A DNA stretch of 63,920 nucleotides, counting the filler, from Licmophora abbreviata (taxonomy: Eukaryota), in assembly GCA_900291995.1 (NCBI GenBank). It is 12 parts of 12 records of this genome, joined end to end, with 100 filler letters (N's around TTAATTAATTAA, not from the genome) between each part and the next. Parts side by side here need not be neighbours in the genome. Positions count along the whole stretch, not along the records: positions 11,943 to 33,212 come from OLMU01002564.1; 11 more parts are not named here. The stretch is one strand, 5' to 3'. Made by a program: the position numbers and the translations under genes. The notes under the pieces are model-generated. The model was not told the DNA's origin. It was given only the letters and a program-made list of their open reading frames with translations, and did no database searches. Positions 11,943-22,118 of the stretch are shown here, one piece after another (position 1 is the stretch's first letter; every line of letters begins with the position of its first letter).

Positions 11943-12380
11943 TCTTGGATGACATGACAGTAATCTAGCTGTTCATCCTTGTCTAATCCATGAGGATCAA
12001 CAGACCCACCTGTCAGCAAGGGCAAGACACAGGGCCCTCGAGTAGACTAGGGACGGGCGTCGTCGTACAATAGCCTATCTAGCAGGAGCCTTCATGTCGC
12101 TCGCTGCCTAACTGATGAGCTCTCGGCCCTAGTAACCAGAACGTCTTGACACACATCAGTGGAGCGGGGCACAGTAGTCATAGATATTCCATCGAAATGT
12201 GCAGCAAACTCTCTAAGGTCTAGAACAAAATAGAACTACTACTTGACGTCAACTTGTATGTACAACATTCACGAGAGCAGACAGTCTCCCGGTCCCCGAC
12301 AAACGAAAGCTTTTACCGTCGTCAATCGCCAAGATTGACGGCGACGTCTACCCTTACGGTCAACAATGACTTGACTCGAT

Positions 12381-13640
12381 TCACATGCTTGAGAGATTCT
12401 CGAGAATATCGTCCGCGATCATCTCCAAGCCTTCAGTGTCGTCGGCCAAGTCCATGAAGTCGCCCCAGTACGACAGCGCTTGAGAGAATGTCAAGGACAA
12501 GTCGACCTCGCGGTCGATGAGCATGCCATTAGAACTCTCCAAGGAGTGTGAGCTGCCACGCAAGTCATCGCGGAAGTGCGAAAGGATCTCTTCGAAAGCC
12601 TCCTCGTGTAGATGCTCGTCAACAATATCCGGGGGCAAGTTCTCCTTGCAAGAGCCATCTTGACCGGTCGTCGTAGTAACCTCTCCGTCCGGAGGACGAG
12701 CGACCTGCACCACAGCGAGGTCTGCCTTGTCGTAAGCGGGAGTCATACGAGCGCTGCTAGGCGAGGTGACGCGTCGCACGTCTGGAGTGACATACGGGTT
12801 CTTGGAGATACCGTTGACAGAACCAGGTGGGGTTCCACGAGCCTCGCCTGTAGGGGTTTGCGCAACGAGGACAGGCGCCGACTCCGCATCCTTGAGAGGA
12901 TTCGTCACAAGGGAGATGAGACTCGCTGTAGCGGTCTGGTGGACCATTGTCGATTCGGTGACGGTCGCATGAGTAGACGAAATTTTGGGTGTCGTCGGGG
13001 CAGCACTGTCTCTTGGAACACGACCCTTGATTTTGCGCGAAGCGAATCGTGAGAGGCCAGATCCAGGCGACATGGATGGAACGGCCTTCGAGTTGGATCC
13101 GGAACGTCCGCTCTGAATGGATTTTTCCAGTCCTTTCGAGATGCTGATGCCCGCGGTAGTGCCGGAGGTGAGCATCGACGTCTTGTCGCTGGGCGAGGGC
13201 AGAGACTTGGTCAGACCAACCGTACCAAGGTCAAAGGCAGCCATGTTGGCATCAAAAATCGCTTCAAAATCTTCATCAGCAAGAGCGACCGCGTCAGTCG
13301 TCGCGGCCGCAATGCTCAAGCTCGATCCGGGCGAAGCGAGAAAGTCGTCCCCACTAGAACGCCCGCCTGCAAGGTCGATCGACCCGCCATCCCCAGGCAT
13401 CTCGAAGTGCATGTCGACCGATCCCCCGAACATGTCGACGTTGTCGAAGGCTTGGCCTCCAGAGATGTCGGAAGGGGTTCCGCTGCTAGATGGAAGCAGG
13501 TGTTCCGTGGTCGTCACGGAATCTTTCTCAGAGGCGGCAGGACGAGTGTCTCCGCTGGTGGCCGAAATACCACTCACTTTCGCAGTCACACCAGCGCCCT
13601 TACCACGCGTGAAGCGAGCAATGCCGCGTCCAGAAGTCAT
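12381..13640 (-). CDS. Hypothetical Ser/Thr-rich, largely disordered protein with an acidic helical C-terminus
   Basis: Long ORF (12381-13754); likely start at MTSGRGIARF; no family recognised. Confidence 0.6.
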   Translation of the reverse strand: MTSGRGIARFTRGKGAGVTAKVSGISATSGDTRPAASEKDSVTTTEHLLPSSSGTPSDISGGQAFDNVDMFGGSVDMHFEMPGDGGSIDLAGGRSSGDDFLASPGSSLSIAAATTDAVALADEDFEAIFDANMAAFDLGTVGLTKSLPSPSDKTSMLTSGTTAGISISKGLEKSIQSGRSGSNSKAVPSMSPGSGLSRFASRKIKGRVPRDSAAPTTPKISSTHATVTESTMVHQTATASLISLVTNPLKDAESAPVLVAQTPTGEARGTPPGSVNGISKNPYVTPDVRRVTSPSSARMTPAYDKADLAVVQVARPPDGEVTTTTGQDGSCKENLPPDIVDEHLHEEAFEEILSHFRDDLRGSSHSLESSNGMLIDREVDLSLTFSQALSYWGDFMDLADDTEGLEMIADDILENLSSM

Positions 13641-14015
13641 GATGATCGTTCCTTCTTCGTGCGAGTTCACCAACAGCGTCGGAGGAGAGACAATAATGAT
13701 GATGCTGTGTGCACTGTGGATTACGACGAGACCACGAGAGCTCTCATCTTCCATCGCGTCGCGATGGCATCAGAAACGGGTCTCCGGGTTTCAGACAAGA
13801 CGATCTTTTGAGTGCGTTCTTGTCAGGCGAACCCTGACGTCAGTATCTTCAGGACGAGAGCGAAATGAGATGTCGAGATGTCGCCGTCTCTCCTCACCAG
13901 GGGTACATATTCATGTACCCCTGCTCCTCACTCCCGTCGCCGCAATCACATTCACGACGTGGACGTGGTGCCTGCGGGTAGACTAGCTGGACAAGTCCAC
14001 AATCGTGTTTGTCTC

Positions 14016-15188
14016 ATGGCCGGTAGCACACTGCTTGCGCATTCCAGGTCTTCGCGTTCACTGAAAGGCTGTGCACTAGCTGCAATTTCTTTGTTCTCCT
14101 ATCATCGCACTTGCGCAGTAGCTTGGTCGCCTGGGGCAGTGGCACTTCGAGCCAAGAATCACGATCATCAGACAGGACGAGCTTCCGTCCAGAGATCACT
14201 TCGAATGTCGTCGTCTTCATGTCCCGCGTCCTTTTCAATCGCCCAGTTCAAGTGTCTCTCGGATAACTATGGATACCTTATTCACGATGAATCCACTGGG
14301 CAGACTGCCGCCATTGATACACCTTGTGCGGCGACATACAAGCAAGAGCTGGAAAAGCGGGGCTGGAAACTGACCCATATATTCAATACGCATCAGTAAG
14401 TGCATCTTCAATCGATGATTTGCCGAACCTCCCTCTGGACTGACGCAGCCTCTCATGGTGTTGCCTCCGTATATACGCGACTCGCAGCCATTGGGATCAC
14501 ACAGGAGGAAACTCGGAACTCAAGGCAGATGGCGTCAAGGTCTACGGGCCAGTGAATGAACAGGATAAGATCCCTGGTCTGGATATTGCAGTGGGCGGTG
14601 GTGAGGAGGTTCAGTTCGGTGGCACAGTTGGCAAGGTCATGGATGTAGGCGGACACACTCACGGACACATTGCCTATCATTTTCCACGAGAAGAGTCAGT
14701 CTTTGTCGGCGATTCGCTCTTTTCCCTAGGGTGCGGACGCATGTTTGAAGGATCCCCGACACAGTTTTGGACAAGTCTCAAAAGTCTCAGGGAACTCCCC
14801 GACGAGACTGTGGTGTATTGGTAAGCGTGTTAGGTATGCCTGGTGGTGTCAATTTTGAAAGCTAAAGGCTAATCGCACATGCGTCTTCCCGTTGAACTTC
14901 TTTCTCGCTTTCTCAAATAGCGCACACGAGTACACGGAAAGTAACGCAAAGTTTGCAGTAAGCGTCGAGCCGGGGAATACCGATTTGATTGCTCGTGCAG
15001 CCGAAGTGAAAGAAAAGAGGGCCAAAGGTGAGCCGACCGTACCCAGCAAGCTGGGCGACGAAAAGAAGACGAATCCGTTCTTGCGCATCGATATCAGCGA
15101 CGAAATTCGAAAGAATGTAGGCGTCACTGCCACCGACACGGATGTGGATGCTTTCGCGAAAGTGAGGTACGCAAAAGACACGTTCTAG
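14016..15188 (+). CDS. Hydroxyacylglutathione hydrolase (glyoxalase II), 3 exons, probable organellar presequence
   Basis: CLSDNYGYLIHD, THHHWDHTGGN (split by an intron), GHTHGH, FVGDSLFSLGCGRMFEG, C-AHEYT, EKKTNPFLR. Confidence 0.95.
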
Positions 15189-15610
15189 CTCGGAAAGAAA
15201 TTGTGAAACACAAACTGGACGACGCATGCATCAACTCTACATCACCGGTACCGTACCTGTTCATGATGCCACGGGCCACCTTCCAGGTTCTCTCTAACCT
15301 TTAAAAGCCCAAGCATTATCGTACATTGCGAAGCATTAATCTCATTGAATTTATGCCCATCGACCATGCCATGTCATCAACAACGACGGTGCAGAGTGTT
15401 GTCAGATCGCGATTAGAGCCAGAACCGCGCGTTCTAAATGCGAGTCGCACGCAAAATCTCTGATGTGTGCTCGCATCGTCACCGCGACCACAACGACGGC
15501 GGCGCATCACATTGTGTGTTGTCCATCTCCCATCCCAGTCCACCTTTCCTGACGCCGCAGCGAACCGATGAAGAAAGCTCGTGTTTGACTGCGTCTGTCT
15601 GGTGCAAACG

Positions 15611-16393
15611 ATGTCCTCGGAGAAGGGGGTCCAGCTTGAGACTTATCTTGACTCATTCTTGACGGCCGAATTCTCTTCGCCCCGCACCGAGTGTTGCGGC
15701 TCGTCGCGGTGCCTGTTTTGTCCGGAGTGCTGCCGCCTCTTGCTTCCGGAGCATGAGCGGCCGAAATGTCTTCGCGATGGTGAGCTAAAGCTTCCGTTTA
15801 ATTTGCACGTCGTGCTAGCTAACGATCGAAAGACTTCTGCTACGGGGCTACACGCTGTGGCACTACTTGGTGAGACTCCACTGTCAGCGCCAGGAGAGAA
15901 CGAACACTCGCCGGTCCGGCTGTTTGATCCGGAGCGAGGTATTGCCATTCCTGACTATCGCGAGTACGAAAATGCGTTTCTACTGTTTCCGTCGCAGGAA
16001 TCGGCTCCCTTGTCTTCCATTGAATCGAAGGTAGTCTCGACACTAGTTGTTCTCGACTGTCGATGGACTCGATCGAGCATTCGGCTGCATCCTCATATAG
16101 CCGCTCTGCCTAAAGTCCATCTTTCGTCGCCACCGGATACGAGCCACTTTTGGAGATGGCACAATGCTGGTCCCGGATGCCTCAGTACGATTGAAGCAAT
16201 ATACTTTGCGGCGTTGGAGCTTGCGCCGGACGATGAACATGACATGCTAGTACATGTCATGTGGATATTTGCCATGCAACGGGCGGCAATCAAAAGGCAG
16301 GGCGTATGGAAAAACAGAGTTGGCCTCCCCTTCACCAAGACTGGTAAGGATGAGATGAGGTCGTGGCGTGTGAAACGAATAGATCGGAAGTGA
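15611..16393 (+). CDS. DTW-domain tRNA-uridine aminocarboxypropyltransferase (DTWD1-like)
   Basis: N-terminal Cys cluster (CCG...FCPECC), SATGLHA, LLFPS, VVLDCRW, FWRW, CLSTIEAIY. Confidence 0.8.
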   Translation: MSSEKGVQLETYLDSFLTAEFSSPRTECCGSSRCLFCPECCRLLLPEHERPKCLRDGELKLPFNLHVVLANDRKTSATGLHAVALLGETPLSAPGENEHSPVRLFDPERGIAIPDYREYENAFLLFPSQESAPLSSIESKVVSTLVVLDCRWTRSSIRLHPHIAALPKVHLSSPPDTSHFWRWHNAGPGCLSTIEAIYFAALELAPDDEHDMLVHVMWIFAMQRAAIKRQGVWKNRVGLPFTKTGKDEMRSWRVKRIDRK

Positions 16394-16445
16394 AGACTCG
16401 CAATTAATAGAACACAACTTAGTAGACGATGACGGAGAGCGAACC

Positions 16446-16955
16446 TCATTGTCTGACATCGTCGGTTTTTGAATAGCATTCAAGCAAAACGTCGACTCTC
16501 TTCATCATGAAAACTAGATGCTGCGAGCACAACTTCTTCCGCTTCTTGATCTCGACATCAACTGATGACGGTACCGAGTCGACAGTTGCAGCTGCGGTAT
16601 CCAAATCGTAGCTCAACATTGCCAGATCTTTCTGTAGGTTCCGTGGCGCATAGCTCGTAATCCATTCTGGGGTGACAACGGCTTCATCGAGGCTATCCAG
16701 ACGCGCACGTGCCAAGCTCACTTCGAATTCTAGGATTAGCTCTTCGTGCTTCTGAATGGACGACTCGACGGCGTCCAGCTTGTCGATCGAAGCTCGGGCT
16801 TCAGGCGTGTATGCGTCGCCCTCCCACACGTACCGAAGGATCCCTTTCAAGCCATAGCGCGATACACAGTGCCAGAACGAGACTGATGTCAGCGCTACAG
16901 TAGCCGCAAGGGTGGCGCCGACAATGAACGTGCCAGCCCTTTGCCGTGCTGCCAT
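16446..16955 (-). CDS. Membrane-anchored small protein with a BAG-like C-terminal helical bundle
   Basis: N-terminal hydrophobic segment; VDSV..SVDVEIKKRKKLCSQHL resembles the BAG motif LD.V....IR..RK. Confidence 0.55.
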   Translation of the reverse strand: MAARQRAGTFIVGATLAATVALTSVSFWHCVSRYGLKGILRYVWEGDAYTPEARASIDKLDAVESSIQKHEELILEFEVSLARARLDSLDEAVVTPEWITSYAPRNLQKDLAMLSYDLDTAAATVDSVPSSVDVEIKKRKKLCSQHLVFMMKRVDVLLECYSKTDDVRQ

Positions 16956-17348
16956 GAATGTTTCTTCCTTCAGTGGACGATCGTCCCGCGAAACCTATTT
17001 ACGTTTCCACCCTGTCGCTGGTGGTCAACCCAAAGAAGTAGCGTCGATGCTCAACGATGCTCAACGTCGACGGCGAGGAGGAATTACAGCAGAGATGACA
17101 AATCGCCGCCATTCTGGCTTCTGCCCATCCCCAACATAATACGTGAGATGTCAAACAAACACATCCATGAATCATCGCATCATCCTATGAGGTTCCCGAT
17201 TCCGGTGCTACTCGTATGAACTGTGAAGTGATGAATTCGAAACGACTTTCCCGCCAAAATGGCGCGCAAGGGACGAAACAAGAGTCGTCAGCTCGAGTCG
17301 GATAGCGGCAACATCATTTTCTTACTGTGTAGCTATATATTCATCTCA

Positions 17349-20300
17349 TCAGCTCCCTGCATCGTTGTGGAACTTGAGGTGGATTTCTGTTTCGGAATTA
17401 TGTTCGAAGGGCAAACCATCTCGACGTCGGATTTCGAACAAGATGCCAATCTCCTGTAGGCACACATACATTCTCGTCCAGTCAGGACTGAACGCTATGC
17501 CAGTAGCTTCATCGTGCTTGTAGCGGTCATCTTGGGCTTCCATAATAGCAAAATATTGGCCTGTCGAAGTATCTTTTCCGTAGACGCCGGGTGTCCTACC
17601 GCCATCTTCTGTCAAGTAAACAACCTTGTCTGTGAGCTGAAAGACATGATCAGCTTCCTCATTGAAATGTCCTCTACCAAGGAGATTTCCTCCGTTCACG
17701 TTGCTTGTCGTGTATTCCATCGTATCGATGTTCAGAATATACAGAACCCTCAACTTCTTCGACACAAAATACAGAACCCCATCTCTGTGCGATATTCCCT
17801 CCGATTGTGGAAAATACATCTCAGCCGAGCGCCTCCCTTCTTCGATGGAAGAGATCCATTCAAAAGTGCCAGTTTCCGGATTGATTTTAAGGTAGTCTCG
17901 AATTCCTGTTCCATGCAAGCAGTCCCAAAAATTATCCTGGTCGACGTCGTCAGGTCGAAATCGGCGGAGAGCGCCACGCATATGATCCTCTGTAATAAAG
18001 AACTTCCACTGCTGTGGGTTACGATCGTCGTATGCCTACAAGGAAAACAACAGCAAAAGTCAAGTATGAATGAGTCATTGTTTCGTGCGGTGTCTCGAGT
18101 ATGGGGCGCGCGATGGCGACCCTACGCCAGTGACTTACAAAGGCCTCGAAGTTTCCGCCCGCCGGTTCGCCTAGTACCGTAGGCTCCGGATCGCGCATAC
18201 CCAACGGGTCAACCTGCCAGCATTGTCCGCTCGCGAACTCTTCACACGAAATCCAGGTGTTCCACGGCGTCAAGCCCCCATTGCAGTTTCTTGTTGTTCC
18301 TTGAAGGAGGGGTGCATAGTCTAGAATCTCTCCATTCGGATCGAACTTCACTCCGAAGACCCCGCCAGCCCCATTGCCGGTTTTGCTTTCACAGTTGCTT
18401 ACGTACATCCAACCATCATCATCGGTTGAAACGATAGCAGCGCCATCCGGAGCGTCGTGAAATCGAGTACTCGAGGTCTCTCCCGGTGATTGAGGGCTTA
18501 TCATTTTGACGTATTCCCCCGACCTAGCAATTTCCCGAATGGTGAGGCCCGTGGATAGTGCGACTCCTGTTTTCTCGTCGTACACGGAAAGATCTCCTGG
18601 AATGTACGGGTACACAGGTGTCGATAGCCCAGCAGCATTGTCGAAATTCTCACAAATGGATGTTGACGGATATAATACTCCTACGCAGCTTCCTGAATTT
18701 AGGTTTTGGTTTCCACCAGCGTCCACGAATACTCCGTTGATACCAGTGCAACTTGCTAAGTTGATAGAATGGAAGCGAAATTCAAGATTGTTGAGTCGAT
18801 GCGCCCTCGGAATCGAAGTTAACCAAGAGCAACTTACATGTATTGAAAACAACATCAACATTGCTGACACTGGCAACGTTGCGAATGAACAAACATTCCC
18901 GCAAAAGCAAATGAGAATTCCAATGACTATAAATAGCAGATGCCTAGGGTTTCCGAAGGGGTTAGGGTTAGCGAGATCGACGGCAGAGCGTGGCCTACGG
19001 TCACTTGCACAGGCGGAAACATGCTTACCGTCTCATCAGCATTGTTTCCTACAAAAGAGGTTCCAATCACTGTCAACTTGTACGACCGTCCACTAATCGC
19101 CCCTCCGCGGATAGCACCACCATACCAGAAGGAAGAATATATCACACTTACCACGCCTGAGCTCTCACTTGCCGATAATCCGCCACCTTCCCCGTTGTTC
19201 CGGACATTTCTGAATTTATAGATACCGTGTTGGCAAAGCGAAAACTCAGAAGCGCGGGCACATCAAACAGCCATGACTTACAACATAAATCGACACCAGC
19301 AAATGAATGTCTCGGCTTGTCGAGAGCTTGTCTGCACCTGGACAGCCGTCTCGTTGGATCCGTCGAAAGAGAAGCCACTGATCGTGACTCTTGTGTCTCC
19401 GGCAACAGTGAGATGCGTTCCAGGTCCTTCAATTGAGCAAGAAGCTTCCCAATGACTGTTCGATGAGGGGCAGACTAAGACAAGATCCTTGGCAATTTTT
19501 GCACTCGTTGTCACACTCTTTGTTATTTGAAAAGGGCACAGTGTGAGCGTCCCGGAGGCGTTCTCGACTGTACCAATAAACTCTTCCCATGATGTGACAT
19601 TTGTGCACGCCATCGCTGTCATCTCTTTTGGATTTGCCTCGCCGCACAAAGTTGTCGTCACAGATGACGGAGATTCTGATGGTTTTAGTGATAAAGATGG
19701 CATGAATGAAAAGGAGGAATGCTCCGAAGGGGATGGAGACGGCTGGGGAGATGGAAGCTGTGACGGTCCACCGAATGACGCTTCACTCGGGGTCTGAGAT
19801 CTAGAAGGAGAAGCAGAAAAGCTTTGGGAGGGCTCAAGGCTGGGGTACATTGACGATGAGGGGGTCAACGAAGGGGATGCCGAGTCTGTTGGCGCTATGA
19901 ATCTCGTTGGGACAGGCGATGAACTGGGCGCATCCGACGACAACGTGCGTGTCTTGGGAAATTCCGAGCATGATGACGAATCAAAATCGAAGAATCCGTT
20001 ACACCCCTGACTTCCAGAAGATAGGTTGTCGCCTTCATCAATCCAAGTTCCTTCACCATCAGCTTGCCGCACCAGAAGAGAAATAGGTGAGAGCTTGTTC
20101 TATCTTGGGGTTCCTGACTCAATAGCAAATTGGCGTACTCAAGCACTCACATGGTTTCACAATAATCGGGTGTCCATCTCTGTCCTCGTTTGTGTAAAAA
20201 GTGCTCGCCTCAATAGAAAGACTCGCATATGCTGAGGCGTATATGGCCCCTCCGTGACTGGCTGCTTTGTTCTCGAGGAAGTACGAGTCGACAATCATCA

Positions 20301-20956
20301 TCATTTTGGACCTGCTGTATATCGCTCCACCGTGACTGGATGAATTGTCGTCAAAAACGCAAGATTCGACGTGGACTATTCCAGACCCTTTCTCTGTCTT
20401 TAATGCTCCTCCTCGAATAGAGTCTATTCGCTTGTTACTGGTAGACACGTGTTGACCGTCAGCGACTGGCTGTGAGCTGGTGACAAGTCGCTCGAGTGAA
20501 ATGAATTCTCCGTTGGGAATAGACTTACCGTTTGAAATCGCACCCACAGAATGAGTGCGTCACTTCGTCTGACCATCCTCTTACAACAATGGCATGATAC
20601 TTCGAGTCCTCAAACGTTAACCCTTGAATTACCGAGGGTTGGTCACTTGCAATCGACATATAGGTTCCATCTCCACGTATCCTACAAGCGTCATCTTTGT
20701 GGGCTTTTCGGCATGTGATAGTTATGCCACTCCGGATATTTAGTGGGGGCGCTTCGTCTTTTTGAAGATCAAATGGACAAAGAATCAACTCCGCACTAGC
20801 TGCACCGACTGCCCCTTTCAAGCCTGCCCAAGATGACACTTGCGTGCATGCTGCTGCCGCTCCTGGTTTCGGTGGACACGTTCGAGCCGTCCTCTGCTGG
20901 GCGAACGCGGAACTTCTGAATGATAGAAGCACCAAGAAAAGACCTACAAATTGCAT
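17349..20956 (-). CDS. Secreted multidomain protein: two GGAI/FxxN beta-helix-like modules + Ser/Pro linker + PhoX/DUF839 alkaline phosphatase domain (copy A, multi-exon)
   Basis: Signal peptide MQFVGLFLVLLSFRSSAFA; F.DNSSSHGGAIY, FLENKAASHGGAIY; PSxxPS tract; PDGAA, YVSNCE, RNCNGGLTPWNTWISCEE, NFEAF, TED, SEG, TEDGG, EATGIAFSPD. Confidence 0.8.
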
Positions 20957-21352
20957 AATCTTTTTAAGGAAGGTCTAGCGTTCTTCGGATCGTGATCAGG
21001 AAGCGATCGCTCATTGCCGAGCGGGGTGGAAAACATTGTGATTCGACCAAATTGTGACAGTTGGCGAGGCGTATTCATAGAATTCCAAAACGAACACTCT
21101 TTCAATAAGAATATCGTATTCATTCCTAAAGAACGTTACATGATCATTTCGGACGCCATATTTTATATAAAAAGCATACCTGATATGCAACACGAGTTAC
21201 TCACATACTCGTACACGAGTTGGAATCCTCATCCGCGGCGCCGCATCACAGACGGAAAACATCATGGCATCACAGCCCTCTGATCATACCGGCGGTACCA
21301 GGCACCTCTTTCAACCAGGAATCACTCGTCTGCCTTCCGTGACACATATTCG

Positions 21353-22072
21353 ATGCCGATATTGCTGCTCCTTAATTTAATTTTGTTGCTGTGTGTGGCA
21401 GCAGGGGTGGAATGCTTTGTCGCGACTCCTGGAAAAATGGCTACGTGTAAACGAGACTACGCTGCTAAGAATGCAGCAGGAGACTTCTTTGACGAGATCA
21501 GCAATCCGAACGACGGCCCTACTCAGCCGGAAGCCGGAGGCGATCGTCTATCCTTGGAAGATCTTGTCGCGTCGGCCGGAGAATGGGACAAGCGCATCGC
21601 TCGTTTCAATCGGGTTACACTCACAGGCAGAGTGGGGAACGACCCAGACCCTCGCTATTTCGACGATGGGAAAGTTGTGCTCAATCTTAGTCTAGCTGTT
21701 CGCCGTAAGTATCATGGCCTGGAAAGAAAAGCTTTCGATATTAAGTCGGGAGATGAAGAGACAGATTGGTATGGGCTTGAGATCTGGGGACGGGATGCGG
21801 AATACGCTGCCAAGTACGTGACAAAGGGGGCTCGGATCGGCGTCGTTGGTTCGCTTCAAGTCGACAATTGGACAGATCGCAACACAGGGGAGCCGAGAAA
21901 TGCTGCGAAGATCATTGTGAAGGACTTGGACATCCTTGAAACGAAAGCAGAGAGTGAGATGCGTCGATCTAGCCGTCGTGGGCCGTCCTTCTATACGCAT
22001 GACGATAGTGACGACGACGACGACGACGACAAACCTTTCTCGCCGGCTGGAACGGGAGGATTCTTCGACTAG
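21353..22072 (+). CDS. ssb: Bacterial-type single-stranded DNA-binding protein, probably plastid-targeted
   Basis: NRVTLTGRVGNDPDPRYF, ETDWY..EIWG..AE....YV.KG..I.V.GSL..D.W.D; acidic tail; signal peptide ending VEC-FVA. Confidence 0.92.
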   Translation: MPILLLLNLILLLCVAAGVECFVATPGKMATCKRDYAAKNAAGDFFDEISNPNDGPTQPEAGGDRLSLEDLVASAGEWDKRIARFNRVTLTGRVGNDPDPRYFDDGKVVLNLSLAVRRKYHGLERKAFDIKSGDEETDWYGLEIWGRDAEYAAKYVTKGARIGVVGSLQVDNWTDRNTGEPRNAAKIIVKDLDILETKAESEMRRSSRRGPSFYTHDDSDDDDDDDKPFSPAGTGGFFD

Positions 22073-22118
22073 ATTGATGGGCTTCGAAAGGGTTTATAAT
22101 CTGTTCTAGTACATAAAT

